Shown here piece after piece: positions 47,192 to 59,036 of a DNA stretch of 64,000 bases. The DNA is taken from assembly GCF_030144855.1 (NCBI RefSeq), contig NC_082707.1, positions 84,754,001 to 84,818,000 of the forward strand. Direction: 5' to 3'. A program made the position numbers and the translations under genes. Source of the DNA: Hypanus sabinus. Taxonomy: Eukaryota. The notes beneath the pieces are model-generated. The model did no database searches. It was not told where the DNA came from and was given only the letters and a program-made list of their open reading frames with translations. Each line of letters starts with the position of its first letter. Position 1 is the first letter of the stretch.

Positions 47192-48997
47192 ATGAGTGGA
47201 GCTAAGAAAAGAAAAGTGGATAGAAAATGTCGGGTGTTTAATAAGCAGTGGACAACTAAATATCTTTTTACCGAACACAGATCAACTGCTGTATGCCTGA
47301 TATGCCAAGAGACTGTGGCGGTTTTTAAAGAATATAATATCAGCCGTCACTTTGCCACAAAACATGCCAACTACGCTAGCAACCAGTCAACGAAAGAACG
47401 GGAAGCTAATGCTCAGAGGTTGGCAGCTAATTTACAGGCTCAACAAAATTTTTTTCACCGTCAAACTGCCATTCATGAGTCAAGTACCAAGGCGAGTTTT
47501 ATGCTGTCATTCAAATTAGCAAAGGCCAGCAAGCCTCTGTCTGAAGGCGAGTTTTTAAAAGAATGTATGGTGGAGACAGCAGGTGTATTGTGTCCGGAGA
47601 GCAAAGACAAATTTGAAAAAATCAGTTTATCACGCAGAACAGTGACTCGCGGTGTGGAACTGATAGATGAAGATATAACCAGTGACTTAAATAAAAAGGC
47701 AGAGTCGTTCACGTTATATTCATTAGCACTGGATGAAAGCAACGATGTAAAAGACACTGCTCAGCTCCTCATTTTTATCAGAGGAATTAACAATACTTTT
47801 AAAATAACGGAGGAGTTTTTGACAATGGAGTCTCTGAAAGGAAAAACACCGGGAGAGGACTTGTATGACCGGGTGTCTGCTGTCATCGAAAATATGAAGC
47901 TCCCTTGGAGTAAACTTATCAACGTCACCACAGATGGATCTCCTAATTTGACGGGGGGAAAATGTCGGCCTGCTGAGGAGAATACAGAATAAAGTGAAAG
48001 ATGAAAATCCTGACCAGGATGTTATTTTCCTTCACTGCATCATCCACCAGGAATCTCTATGTCAATCGGTATTACAGCTGAATCATGTTGTGAATCCTGT
48101 AGTAAAACTTGTCAACTTTATACGTGCAAGGGGACTTCAGCACCGTCCGTTCATCACGTTCCTGGAGGAAACTGATGCGGATCACCAGGACCTACTTTAT
48201 CACTCCGGTGGCCGCTGGTTAAGTTTGGGCAAAGTGTTTCAACGAGTATGGGAGCTCAAAGAGGAGATCGGTGCATTTTTGGAGTTACTGAGGAAGGCCG
48301 GCGAATTTCCTGAGCTGAGCAACAAGAGCTGGCTTTGTGACTTTGCGTTTGCTGTAGATATATTTTCACACATGAATGAACTGAACGTGAAGCTACAGGG
48401 GAAGGATCCGTTTGTGCATGACATGTGCACAAACGTGAAAGCCTTTAAATCCAAGCTGGCTTTTTTTCTCCAGGCAAATTTCGAATAAGTTATTCACTCA
48501 TTTTCCCACACTAGCCACGCTGGAAGAGGCCGGCGCAAATGTGAAAAAATACAGCGAGTCACTGGATGCACAGAGAATTCTGCCGTCGCTTTTCTGATTT
48601 TGAAAAAATTGACAAGTCACTTCAGTTGGTGGCCTGTCCCCTGTCACAAGATCCTGAAACAGCACCAGAGGAGCTACGGCTGGAACTGATCGACTTTCAG
48701 TCTGACCCCGTCTTAAAAGAGAAGTTCAACTCTCTTAAACTGAATGACTTTTATGCTTCACTTGGTAAAGAGGTGTTTCCAAACCTCCGGAGGACGGCAC
48801 AGAAAATGCTGGCGTTGTTCGGCTCGACCTATTTGTGTGAACAGGCGTTCAGCGTCATGAACATCAACAAAGCCAGCCACAGATCCAAGTTAACTGACCA
48901 ACACCTCAGATCCATCCTGAGAATCGCCACAACAAAACTAAATCCAGACTTTGATGCGCTGGCTAAAAAGGGAGACCAACAACACTGTTCCCACTGA
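47192..48997 (+). pseudogene. hAT transposase, about 600 codons, broken by about three frameshifts
   Basis: BED-type zinc finger CLIC..RHFATKH; LALDESND; TTDGSPNL; HCIIH; RWLSLG; FGSTYLCEQAFS. Breaks near 47955, 48465 and 48565. Confidence 0.95.
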
Positions 48998-50207
48998 AAT
49001 TAAAAATAAGTTTGTGGAATGTAAAAAATGCATTTGAAAATATTTTTTTCAATAAGCCTTACATGTTACATGTCATTTCTGTTAAGTGATGGACATGAGT
49101 AGTGTGCAGGTGCACGTACGTTCTCAAAATAAAAAACGCGCTCCGTATACTGGCGCGCTCTCATTGTGCGGGTCGTTGTTGAGTTTTGGCACAGGGGACA
49201 ATTGAATAAGAAGGAGCAGGACAAGTAGACCTGCATCTCCTACCGTTTTCGAAATAAAGACAGTCAGGAGGAGAGTAATGATGATAATATCTTGAAGGAT
49301 AACAGAATTTTCAGTTCTTTAAAATAATAACTGTTACTATTTTAAAAAAGCTGTATTTTATTCATTTAATTTTCAGTGTTTTAAAAGTCATTTCAATAAA
49401 TAGCTAAATACCATGGGACTTAAAAGAGATATTTTGTTGTAATGCATTTGTTCATTGTCAATTGAAATTAAAGCACATGTTTTCTACATATCCCATGATA
49501 TTTTATTTTCTCTTATGAGGTGTATTACCAAAACACTCCGTCCATCTGCTCCTGGTCCGGCCCCCCTGTCAAATTTTAGAACCCTTTGTGGCCCTCAAGT
49601 CAAAAAGTTTGCCCACCCCTGGTATAGCCTAATCCTAGGCTAGTACAGTGTCTATCAATACATTTTTAGAAGTCACAATTAATTTTCAACCAATGATATA
49701 CTTCTGAAATACAGCAACAGATGCATGCCTAGCAAAATCCCACGAAGAAAACCTATATATATTAGCAAGATAGCCATGTTCTGAACATTGGACAAGAATT
49801 AGGCAGCATATGAGGAAGAAATTAACTGCTTTGAACTGCAGTAGTTAGATCTTTTCAATTCACCTCAGGGAATGGACATGACCTTTATTTATCTAAAGGA
49901 TAACATCTCTGACAATGAAACACATGTGCTGCATTGCACTGAAGTCAAATTTATGTGCTTAAGTTCCTGTGGTAGGCTTTGTAGCTTATGCTCCAGAGAT
50001 GCTGATCAACAAAGCCCTGGTTAGATATGAAAATCAGTTGAAGCCACATCTTCTCGTTCTATCAGATGTAGGATTCCTGAATCAGCAAGTGATGTAGAAA
50101 TTAATTTGTTTCTGTTGCCTGGAACAAGTACTGTATGGCCTTGTCTGATCATTTATTATTTAATGATTCTATGAGGTGATGTGCTGGTTCTACAATCCTT
50201 ATACTTA

Positions 50208-50393
<186 letters not shown>

Positions 50394-50764
50394 CTAACTC
50401 AAGAGTTTCACTCATACCAAACGTGTGCTCATCATCTTTTAATCTAGTATTGAACTATTCAACCATAACTTGATCTCCAAGTTGTTTTGATTAACTCTGC
50501 ACTAAATCAAACTTAATGAAGTATTGGAGACACAAGAGACCACAGTTGCTTGAATCTGGCCCAACTAACAATCTGCTGGATGAACTCAATGGGTTGAGTA
50601 GCACCTGAGTTAATGCAGATGCTGTTCGACCTACTGAATTCCTCCAACAGTACATTGTTGCTGGTGAACTCTCTGGTGCTCTGACATGAACGTTGGAAAT
50701 TTGGTACTGCAGGGTCCGTCCCTGCCTTTGGTTTTGTTGGAAAAGTATGATAGTTTTCTCTTCT

Positions 50765-51380
50765 CATCCCGTCCTGTTTAATGATCATACAACTATCTCC
50801 GTTTGTTGGAGTGGTCCATGGATGCTGCTTCCCAGTTGTCTATGTGATACGCCATCTAGTATACCAGTCAGAGCAGTACTATGTGGAGAGCAAGCTGTTG
50901 CCAATGCAACAGGCTCCCCTTCTCCACACAGCTGATGAATCTAAAGGAACGGTAGAGCCTGATACAATTTGGCACCAGCTGCATCACAAGAGCTGCAATT
51001 CAACGTTGAATTCAACCTTAGACTGTCTTAGGGACTCTAGTTCTGGATTTTTCCATGGAGTTTACTCCTGAAGACTACCCATGAGTGGGTGTAGCCCCAA
51101 GGCAGTGGAGGTCTGAGATCAGAGTTTTCCTTCTCCTCGATGATCTGCCAACCACGGCTGATGAGCCCCATCTGCTCGAAGCTGCTGGTTTTAAGGTGCC
51201 AGTAATCCCCCTTTGCCCCTTCTCCTGCCAGTAGAAATGGTTCTGCCAGGCTAAGCCACATGTGAAGGCCAGGAGCTGGACTTGGTTGTCAGAGGCTATC
51301 TGAGATGCGTGCCATTGGAAGCATTTAGTAGAAAGTGGAAGCTTATATCCACCTCCTCCCCCGGCTGTGACGGTCTTAAG
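50765..51380. repeat. Dispersed repeat, probably RTE-derived; second copy at 63715-64000
   Basis: GGAGAGCAAGCTGTTGCC...GCTGAT..ATC.AAAGGAAC...TTTGG.ACCAGC is shared by both loci. The RTE origin is inferred from recall only. Confidence 0.5.
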
Positions 51381-53051
51381 TTGATAGCATCATCCATTAC
51401 CAGTTATGATTGGTTTAGAATTCAAATGTCTTGACAATGAAAGGCTGGACTTGTTGAACCAATGATTCCTTGGTAATATGATTCTTTTAAGTCATAATTC
51501 TATGGATTATTGTGGCATTGCTACATCTTAGAAATATTCAGTGCAATGCAGCATCAAGCCCCTGTGTACCCTCTGTTGATGACAGAGATTTGTAGGCTCA
51601 GTATAATCACAAATAATATTGTCAATGACTGACTACATCTGTAGTATGGTTTCACTCCCCCCCCCCCAGCTCTACATCCAGATCATCTTCCTCCATTGTC
51701 CAACTTATTGAGACTTCACTCATATGATTCCATTCTTAACTACCTAAGTATCTCAGCAATGGCTTTTCTTCTGCAACTGCTTTGTTCTTTCTAATATCCT
51801 GAGATTGGTCCTTGCCCTTCTCTATTCAACCCCATCTGAGAAAATGAGATCAGCTTTGAACATTATTTTCTACCTCTTCACTCTTTCTCCTTCTGCATCT
51901 GCTGCCTTTGTGCCATCAAACTTCTTATTCAACGTGCCATCTTGATATCTAGTTGTAAACAAATAACTCACTTTGGTCCTCCCAACTGATTCTGTCTTTC
52001 TCCAAGACCATTGTCTCAGATTATATCAGTTTGTTCACATCCTCCATGTTTTTCCTTATCAAAAGCTGGAATGACAATCCCATTGCTTTCTCTACATGGC
52101 ATTGGTCTCTTACTTCTACCTCAGCACTGTCATCTCCTTTGTTATAATATAGTCCCAGTTATTTCCTTTTGAGACTGTCACCCAAACCTTTCTCATCTCC
52201 AGACTTAAATATCTGAATGCTCTTCAAAGTAGCGTGTCATGCTTAAATTCTCCAAAGGGAGGTCACCCAGAGTCCTACAACCCATCCAGTTGTGTTAACC
52301 ACCATCCTTATCAATCTCCTTTAACTCATGTTCTTCTCACCATATGTTTAAACTCTCATAGTCTCATTCCTTATTACCTTTAAATTTCTTTAGCTTTACC
52401 CCTCCACCTATTCCTCTGACTCATGTTTGGTGTCCCACCTTTTATAGCTGTACCTATCCCCTTACCCTCCCCATTTCTGTCTCTTTAAAGTTATTTCTGA
52501 CTTAGTTCATATTCACTGTAACCTCTTCTTTTGATGTAGGCCATCACTGATTCTCCTTCTCTCTTCGTAGTTGCAGTGGCCCTGCTGAATGTTTCCAGTA
52601 TTCTCTGTTGTTATTTACAATGTCTTTTTTGTTCAGTGTCCACCTTTCTGTGACCTATAGTTCTGTTTCATGCCTTGTATTGTTTTGAATATTAAAGATG
52701 ATTTAAATATACCGAATTGTCACTATCCTTCTGTAATACCTGACTCACCCCTATAAGTTGTCCCAGTGTTATTCCTCTATAGCGTGCAGCCATCTTCCAA
52801 GATTTGCTTTTACTCTTTCCTCCAAGTTCCTCGGGCTTGTTAAGTATTTGTGCATCTCCAACAACCTTGATACCTTTTTTTGAAATTCCTGAATGGAATG
52901 TAACATATCACATTAATTTCAAAGGTATTTTGGTTCATTGTGCCCGTGCAGCTCTTTAAGTTAGCTACTCCAGTAATATAGGCAGTGGTGCAACTGTTAT
53001 TGCTGCTGACTGACAAGATTAGTGACCCGTGTTTGACTCTGACCTTAGGTG

Positions 53052-53398
53052 CAATGTTCCCTCCAAGGTGTGTGCACATGCACGTGCACACATCTTTTAC
53101 TACTAGTGCCCAAAAAAATTTAAATTGCGCACAAAAGGTTGTCACCCTCCACCTCATTGACATTTAAAGTACATTTCATGATCATACTCAATCACATTTC
53201 CTTTTCTGGTTTCTGATGCGGACGGTGTTGACAATATGGAGTTTGCAATGACTTATCTGCAGATTTTAGTTTTTGCTAGCTGTTAAAATTAATACCTCTA
53301 TATATAAGATTCAGTGCGCACATGTTGCAACTGGGCAATAAAAAGGAAAGCAAAAGATTTTTGCATATACTGGTCATTACAAGTTAGAGAGAAGATTG
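53052..53398. mobile_element. hAT MITE related to the element at 25203-26300
   Basis: Termini CAATGTTCCCTCCAAG / TTAGAGAGAAGATTG. TSD CTTAGGTG / CTTAGGCA. Confidence 0.72.
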
Positions 53399-54189
53399 CT
53401 TAGGCACTATCTATATGAAGTTGATACATTCTTCTGTCACGATATATATGCTGTCCCCTAGAGCTCCCATTTTATCACGCATTTCAAAGTTGTGCTGGTA
53501 GATTAATCTGCTACTGTAAATAATTCAGTGCAGGTAAGTAGCAAAAAAGATTTAATGGAAGTTGATGGTATATCAAAGAGAATATATTAAAGGATTAAAG
53601 AAATAAATCCATTAATAGAGCTAATAGTTTTGCTGTGCAGGCAGCAGCATGGACCAAATGGGCTGAATGGCCTCTTTCTGTGTCATAATATGTAAGTAAC
53701 CCATAACATGTCCTGCCAAGTAGTCTTGGAAATGTTTTCCCCTCAATCTGTTACCTGAGAATCTTATAAACTTTGCTAAAGAATCCTTTTCTATCATAAG
53801 GCTTGTTCTTGTCTCTGGTTCCTTCGCTGGTCACCTTATATTTGTGTCTCCTGGTTACCAATTGCACCTGTAAACTATTTTGCCCTATTCTTAATCTTCA
53901 CTGTTATAAGGGAGAGCAAGTCCTGCTTCTCAGTTAACTCCACATGACTGCATGGGCAACAGTCATGATAATATCAGTTTATTAAGGCCTTGAAATCTTT
54001 CTTACAGCCCAGGAACTGGCAGAACATAACCGCTGAGATTTAAATATTGGTATAGGTATATTAATGTTCTGTATTATATTCTTGCTTTTCTAAATAATGC
54101 CTTTAATAACAAAACCAAGAATTCCATATTTTTTCCAGTTTTCTTAACTTGTCCTGCCATTTTCAAACAGTCTGAAAATTGTACTCGCA

Positions 54190-54850
54190 AACCTGAGGAA
54201 ATCTGCAGATGCTGGAAATTCAAGCAACACACACAAAATGCTGGTGGAACACAGCAGGCCAGGCAGCAGCTATAGGAAGAAGTGCAGTCGACGTTTCGGG
54301 CCGAGACCCTTCGTCAGGACTAACTGAAAGAAAAGATAGTAAGAGATTTGAAAGCAGGAGGGGGAGGGGGAAATCTGAAATGATAGGAGAAGACCGGAGG
54401 GGGAGGGGTGAAGCTAAGAGCTGGAAAAGTGATTGGCGAAAGGGATGCAGAGCTGGAGGAGGGAAAGGATCATGGGACGGGAAGCTTAGGGAGAAAGAAA
54501 GGGGGAGGGAAGCACCAGAGGGATGGAGAATAGGCAAGGAGTGATTGTGAGAGGGGCAGAGAGAAGGAAAAAAGGAGGGGAGAGAAAGGGGGGGGGAATA
54601 AATAAATAAGGGATGGGGTAAGAAGGGGAGGAGGGACATTAATGGAGTTAGAGAAATCAATGTTCATGCCATCAGGTTGGAGGCTACCCAGACGGAATAT
54701 AAGGTGTTGTTCCTCCAACCTGAGTGTGGCTTCATCTTGACTGTAGAGGAGGCCATGGATAGACAAATCAGAATGGGAATGGGAATGGGACGTGGTAATA
54801 AAATGTGTGGCCGCTGGGAGATCCTGCTTTCTCTGGCGGACCAAGCGTAG
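54190..54850 (-). mobile_element. Young Penelope-like element 3' fragment (GIY-YIG C-terminus and terminal repeat)
   Basis: DLPAATHF...LRLEEQHLIFRLGSLQPDGMNIDFSN followed by a pyrimidine tract and a hammerhead-bearing terminus. Confidence 0.88.
54285..54321 (-). ncRNA. Minimal type I hammerhead ribozyme motif
   Basis: AGUC-CUGACGA-A-GGG(UCUCGG)CCC-GAAAC-GUC-GACU. Intact CUGAnGA and GAAA cores, stems I and II, palindromic ACGU stem III and a GUC cleavage triplet. Confidence 0.75.
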
Positions 54851-55646
54851 ATACTGAAAATTGTACCGTTTATATAAGTTAATATATTTTATTAACTCAT
54901 GTCATCTTTCCTACCGAAATGCAAATTTGGACACTTCTTATGTTCAATTTTGTCTTCTAATTTACAAATCTATCTTTATGTCCCTGAAATCTTTTATTCT
55001 TGTCCTCTACTGCATCTCTGAGCATTTGTTTTGTTTGCAAACTCATGGAGGCCTGTATAATGTGGAATACAGGATGTAACATGACTGTCTTAGTTTCATA
55101 TTCTATGCCTTCAATTATGAATCCAGAGTTTTTGCCTTTTTAACAGCTTCCTTCACCTGTTCTGTCACATTCAACTCGCAGAACGCTTGAAATCTATGTC
55201 ACCTTCTTCCTACACGCCACTTAAATTCTACCTCGCTTCACTGAACATTTTGCACATTGAATTCTTTGTGTTATGTTTTTGTACATGCTATCTATATATG
55301 ACAGAAGTTTCTTACCATCCTTTGCACTAGTTGCTACATTTTCCAAGATTCATATGATCATAAAGCTTTCAAATTATATACTTTATACTCTGATCCAAGC
55401 CATTAACACACAACACAAGAGAAGAGGTCCATTTTCCTAACCCACATGACTGATCTTTGATCACTCATTTAGATTATCTATATTAAGTACTAGCTTCCTT
55501 ACGTCCTGTTTACAACTTATCTTGCATCAAATGTAGTGATCACGGTACTTTGCCTATCCATATTTATAACATCTGAATTGATTTAAAACCTGTCACTCTT
55601 CCTTCAGCAAATCCCTTTGTCTTAAGATAATTCACTTCCTTATCCT

Positions 55647-55742
55647 CTATGCAAACCAGCCTGGTATATTTGAAGCAGAGTCCAAGTGGCCAGCAGATGC
55701 CCTGGGCACCCCACTTCCATATCCTCTTTCTAATTTGTTTAC
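55647..55742 (-). CDS. Probable terminal coding exon of an unidentified gene (VNKLERGYGSGVPRASAGHLDSASNIPGWFA*)
   Basis: Strong acceptor TTCTTTTTCTGCTTTAAG|. Phase 0 matches the upstream exon. Open to TAG at 55649-55647. AATAAA candidates on the minus strand at 54998-54993 and 54893-54888. Confidence 0.62.
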   Translation of the reverse strand, partial: VNKLERGYGSGVPRASAGHLDSASNIPGWFA

Positions 55743-57190
55743 CTTAAAGCAGAAAAAGAAAGCTGCATCAAGTTTGCTGGTTAGGACTGTTTCTTTACTG
55801 AGGAGAATATAAAATAAATTGATAGCTCCTCTTAATTCTCAGGAAGCTGCAAGTTGGAGTTGGAAAGTTTTACCATTCTGGTGCCAAACACTGATGAGAT
55901 CAAGATGTATATTTTGACAGCAAACTGTTCCTTGAGGCCAGCATTTTCACAAATAGTTCCCAGGTAATTTTTCTCTCTCTTACATTATAAAAAAAGATTG
56001 AAGTGCTACATCCCAATCCTTGCCAGATATCATTTGCTGCTTGTTGCCAAAAAGATGGATTTATTCTGTTTCCAGTTGGCTGGCCAATCTTCTATTGCAG
56101 CAAAATCAGGCACCACGGTAGCGTAGAGCTTAGCTTGATATAATTACAGCTCGGCGCGTTCCAGAATTTGGAATTCAATTCCGGCACAATTCTGTAAGAA
56201 GTCTCTGTACATGGAATGTGTGAGCTTCCCCCAGGTTCTCCAGGTTTCTCCCACAGTCCAAAGACGTACCGGCTAGGTTAATTGGTAATTGTAAATTGTC
56301 CCATGTTTAGGTTAGGGTTAGTTCGGGTTGTGGGACAATGTGGCTTGAACCCGAGAGGCCTGCTCTGCCCTTACATCTATACCTTTCATAATCTTATCAG
56401 CCTCTGTCACTGCAGAGAATTAGCCTAAGTTCACCCAAACTCTCCTTATCGAACATGCCCTTTAATCCTGGCAACATTCTCATCTGCAACCTTTCCAAAA
56501 CCTCTATATACATCCTTGAATTTTACTAGGTGCTCCAAATGATAGTTTCCAACCAATTTCCAATAGCAGATGTTGAGCTAACTGGCCTATAGTTTTCTGC
56601 TTTCTGTCTGCATTCCTTCTTGAATAAAGGTGTTAAATTCATTGTTTTCCAATCGTGTCATGAGGACATGGAAAGGTGCAGCATAGAACAGACCCTTTAG
56701 CCCACCAAATCTGTACCGACCATCATACGCTCAGTTACTCAGGACTGCTATTACAGTGAAGCACTAAAGATGCTGTTTTTAGAGCAGGATGGGTTAAATG
56801 GAGTTATGTTAGCATTGTTAAAGATATTGAAAAAAATGATTGGAGTTAATAACCAGAAGCTATTTCAATAGTTGGAGTGCTGGGAACAAGATAATATACT
56901 GAAAAAAGAAACAGAGGCAAAAGAAATTATAATTTTTTTACCTAACAAGTTCTTATAATCTGAATTCCTGTGGGGTGTGAGATATTAATTTGCAAAAGAA
57001 AATTGGTAATTATAGAAAACAAAGGAGAAAACTTTGGAGGGCTATGAGGAAGTAGCAGGGAAAAGGAGTTAATCGTGGAGCTCATGGAGATGAACCAAAT
57101 GTTTTCGTTCTCTGCTGGGTCATTCTTACATTTCATGAATAAATGGCTTTTAGCTTCTCCTTGTCCCAACTTAGGTTTCTTTTAACATAC

Positions 57191-57339
57191 TACTAAATGT
57201 GCAAATTTGTCAAATTTGATTGGCTTGTAACCTGATTCAAAAACTTGCTTGATGAAAATTCCTTTTGCACTGGAGACAGGAGGATCATTCGCTGAATGGT
57301 TGTTTTCTTTCTGAACTGAGGCAGTGGTTGATTGTGCCC
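57191..57339 (-). CDS. Internal coding exon (149 nt, phase 1 to 0) of the same gene
   Basis: Acceptor TTTTCCCTTCTCATAAG|, donor |GTATGT. Reads GAQSTTASVQKENNHSANDPPVSSAKGIFIKQVFESGYKPIKFDKFAHLV without stops in the frame set by the upstream exon. Confidence 0.68.
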
Positions 57340-57974
57340 CTTATGAGAAGGGAAAATACAAGTATAATTATATGTAAAAAGACATCTTTCATAATTCACA
57401 GTAAAAAGTTAGAGCAATATTACATATCAAAATAACATGTCATTGATGTTCAGATTTATATCTCAGTAACACACTAAGTAATACCTCGCTAATGTTGACT
57501 AATATCTTGCTGAGCTAGACTAACAATTTTCTACCATAACAGCAAATAAGTTAAGAAACAAGATCCAGAGTAACTGAAATAGCTCAATAAGCCTACTCCA
57601 GCTTTGAAAGCAGCTCAAATGCCATCCATAAGTTCGCCAATGGCACAAATGTTGGCAAAAGCTCTGATAACACTCAACATATTAAGAACAGCTTCTTCTC
57701 CTCTGTCATTAAATTTCTGAACATTCCACGAGTCATTGAACATTAGTTTTGCACTATTTATTTTGTAGCTTATAGTTATTTTAATGTCTTGCACTATATT
57801 GCTGCCACAAAACAACAAATTGCATGACATATGTCAATGATAATAAACCTGATTCTGATTCTTATTCTGAGCATTTCATCTATATATATATATATATATG
57901 TTTTAGCAATATATTTTTTGGAAGTTCAATGTAGCATCTGACTGACACAATAATATTTTTGGACTTTTTTTAAT

Positions 57975-58500
57975 ACGGTGCATTCCTGGTAATTGGACCG
58001 TTGGTTAATCCGGACAGCTGGTTATTTGGGACAACTCTTAAAGAACAAAAGATTAATCAAGAAAATAGCTGGGATTCCCATCATTTATTTGGAACACTAT
58101 GCTGCTTTCATGGGGCAGGACATTGTGTTTAGAGCATATAGATTTCAATAGTGTCAGTTGTGTGTGTTTGTTTTTAAAAAGCAGTGATTTTTGTCACAGA
58201 TTTTTGGTGAGAAATAAGTAGTAAGACAATTCAGAACCACTTTACTCACTGTGGTTCAAGCATTTAGTCTTGGAGATGCCAGAAACAGCCGAGAGTAAAA
58301 ATGAGGTGATTTCACAACTTTAACAAGTTAGGAACTATGAAGAATTTGAAGTTATCTCCTTGAATGTTCCAATGAAAATGAAGATTTGGATGATGCAATC
58401 GTCGATCACATTGTCTGACGGCAGTCAATTATCTACACTAGGTGTCTACGCTGATTTTGTTCAATTACAGTCAATCAAAAGAACACCCCTGTGTCCACTG
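57975..58500. mobile_element. Probable Tigger/pogo-like non-autonomous element, decayed
   Basis: TA-flanked start with repeated GGTTAATTGG-like subterminal motifs and a pogo-like relic. The right end is not clearly resolved. Confidence 0.4.
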
Positions 58501-59036
58501 GGTGAATTCCTCCTTTGGTTTTATAGCAGCACACAGAAAATGCTGGAGGAAGTCAGCAGGTTAGGCAGCATCTATGGAAAAGAGTATTGTCGACTTTTCA
58601 GGCCAAAACCCTTCATCAGGACTAAAGGTTCTTATGAGCATGTGAATAGTTGGGGGCTCAATAAATTCTAATAATCCTATTTCCCACGGTGTCTCTGTAT
58701 ACCTGTCTGGTAGTTTTGGAAAACTAGTTCACATACCGCTTCTTGGAGGCAACCTGGGAATGTTCGTGTTCTCCATTTTTCTTGCTATTCTTCCTTTTGC
58801 TGGCATCACTGAAAAACAGCAAGGTTAATGTGATATCACTTGAAAGGGCCAAGTACATTCTGCATCTGTATTACGACAAGATGACTCACCTGATATCCAC
58901 TAGAGTCTCTGATTAAAAGGTTTATATGCTTCAGTAATTTTGTATGCTTCAGTAATCTTCAGCTCAATGATGAGTTGATGGTGCAGTGCTGGTGCATGTC
59001 AGACAAGACATTACATTTACTGACTTTCTACTACTT

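Larger units (their letters stand above)
46720..49621 (+). mobile_element. Full-length hAT DNA transposon (Buster/Charlie group, GTF2IRD2-like transposase)
   Basis: TIRs CAGGCATGGGCAAACT / AGTTTGCCCACCCCTG. Perfect 8-bp TSD GTATAGCC (46712-46719, 49622-49629). Confidence 0.97.

Noticed and set aside
47192-48997. Host gene GTF2IRD2 or another domesticated transposase
   Set aside because: It is frameshifted and bounded by TIRs and a TSD, so it is a transposon copy.
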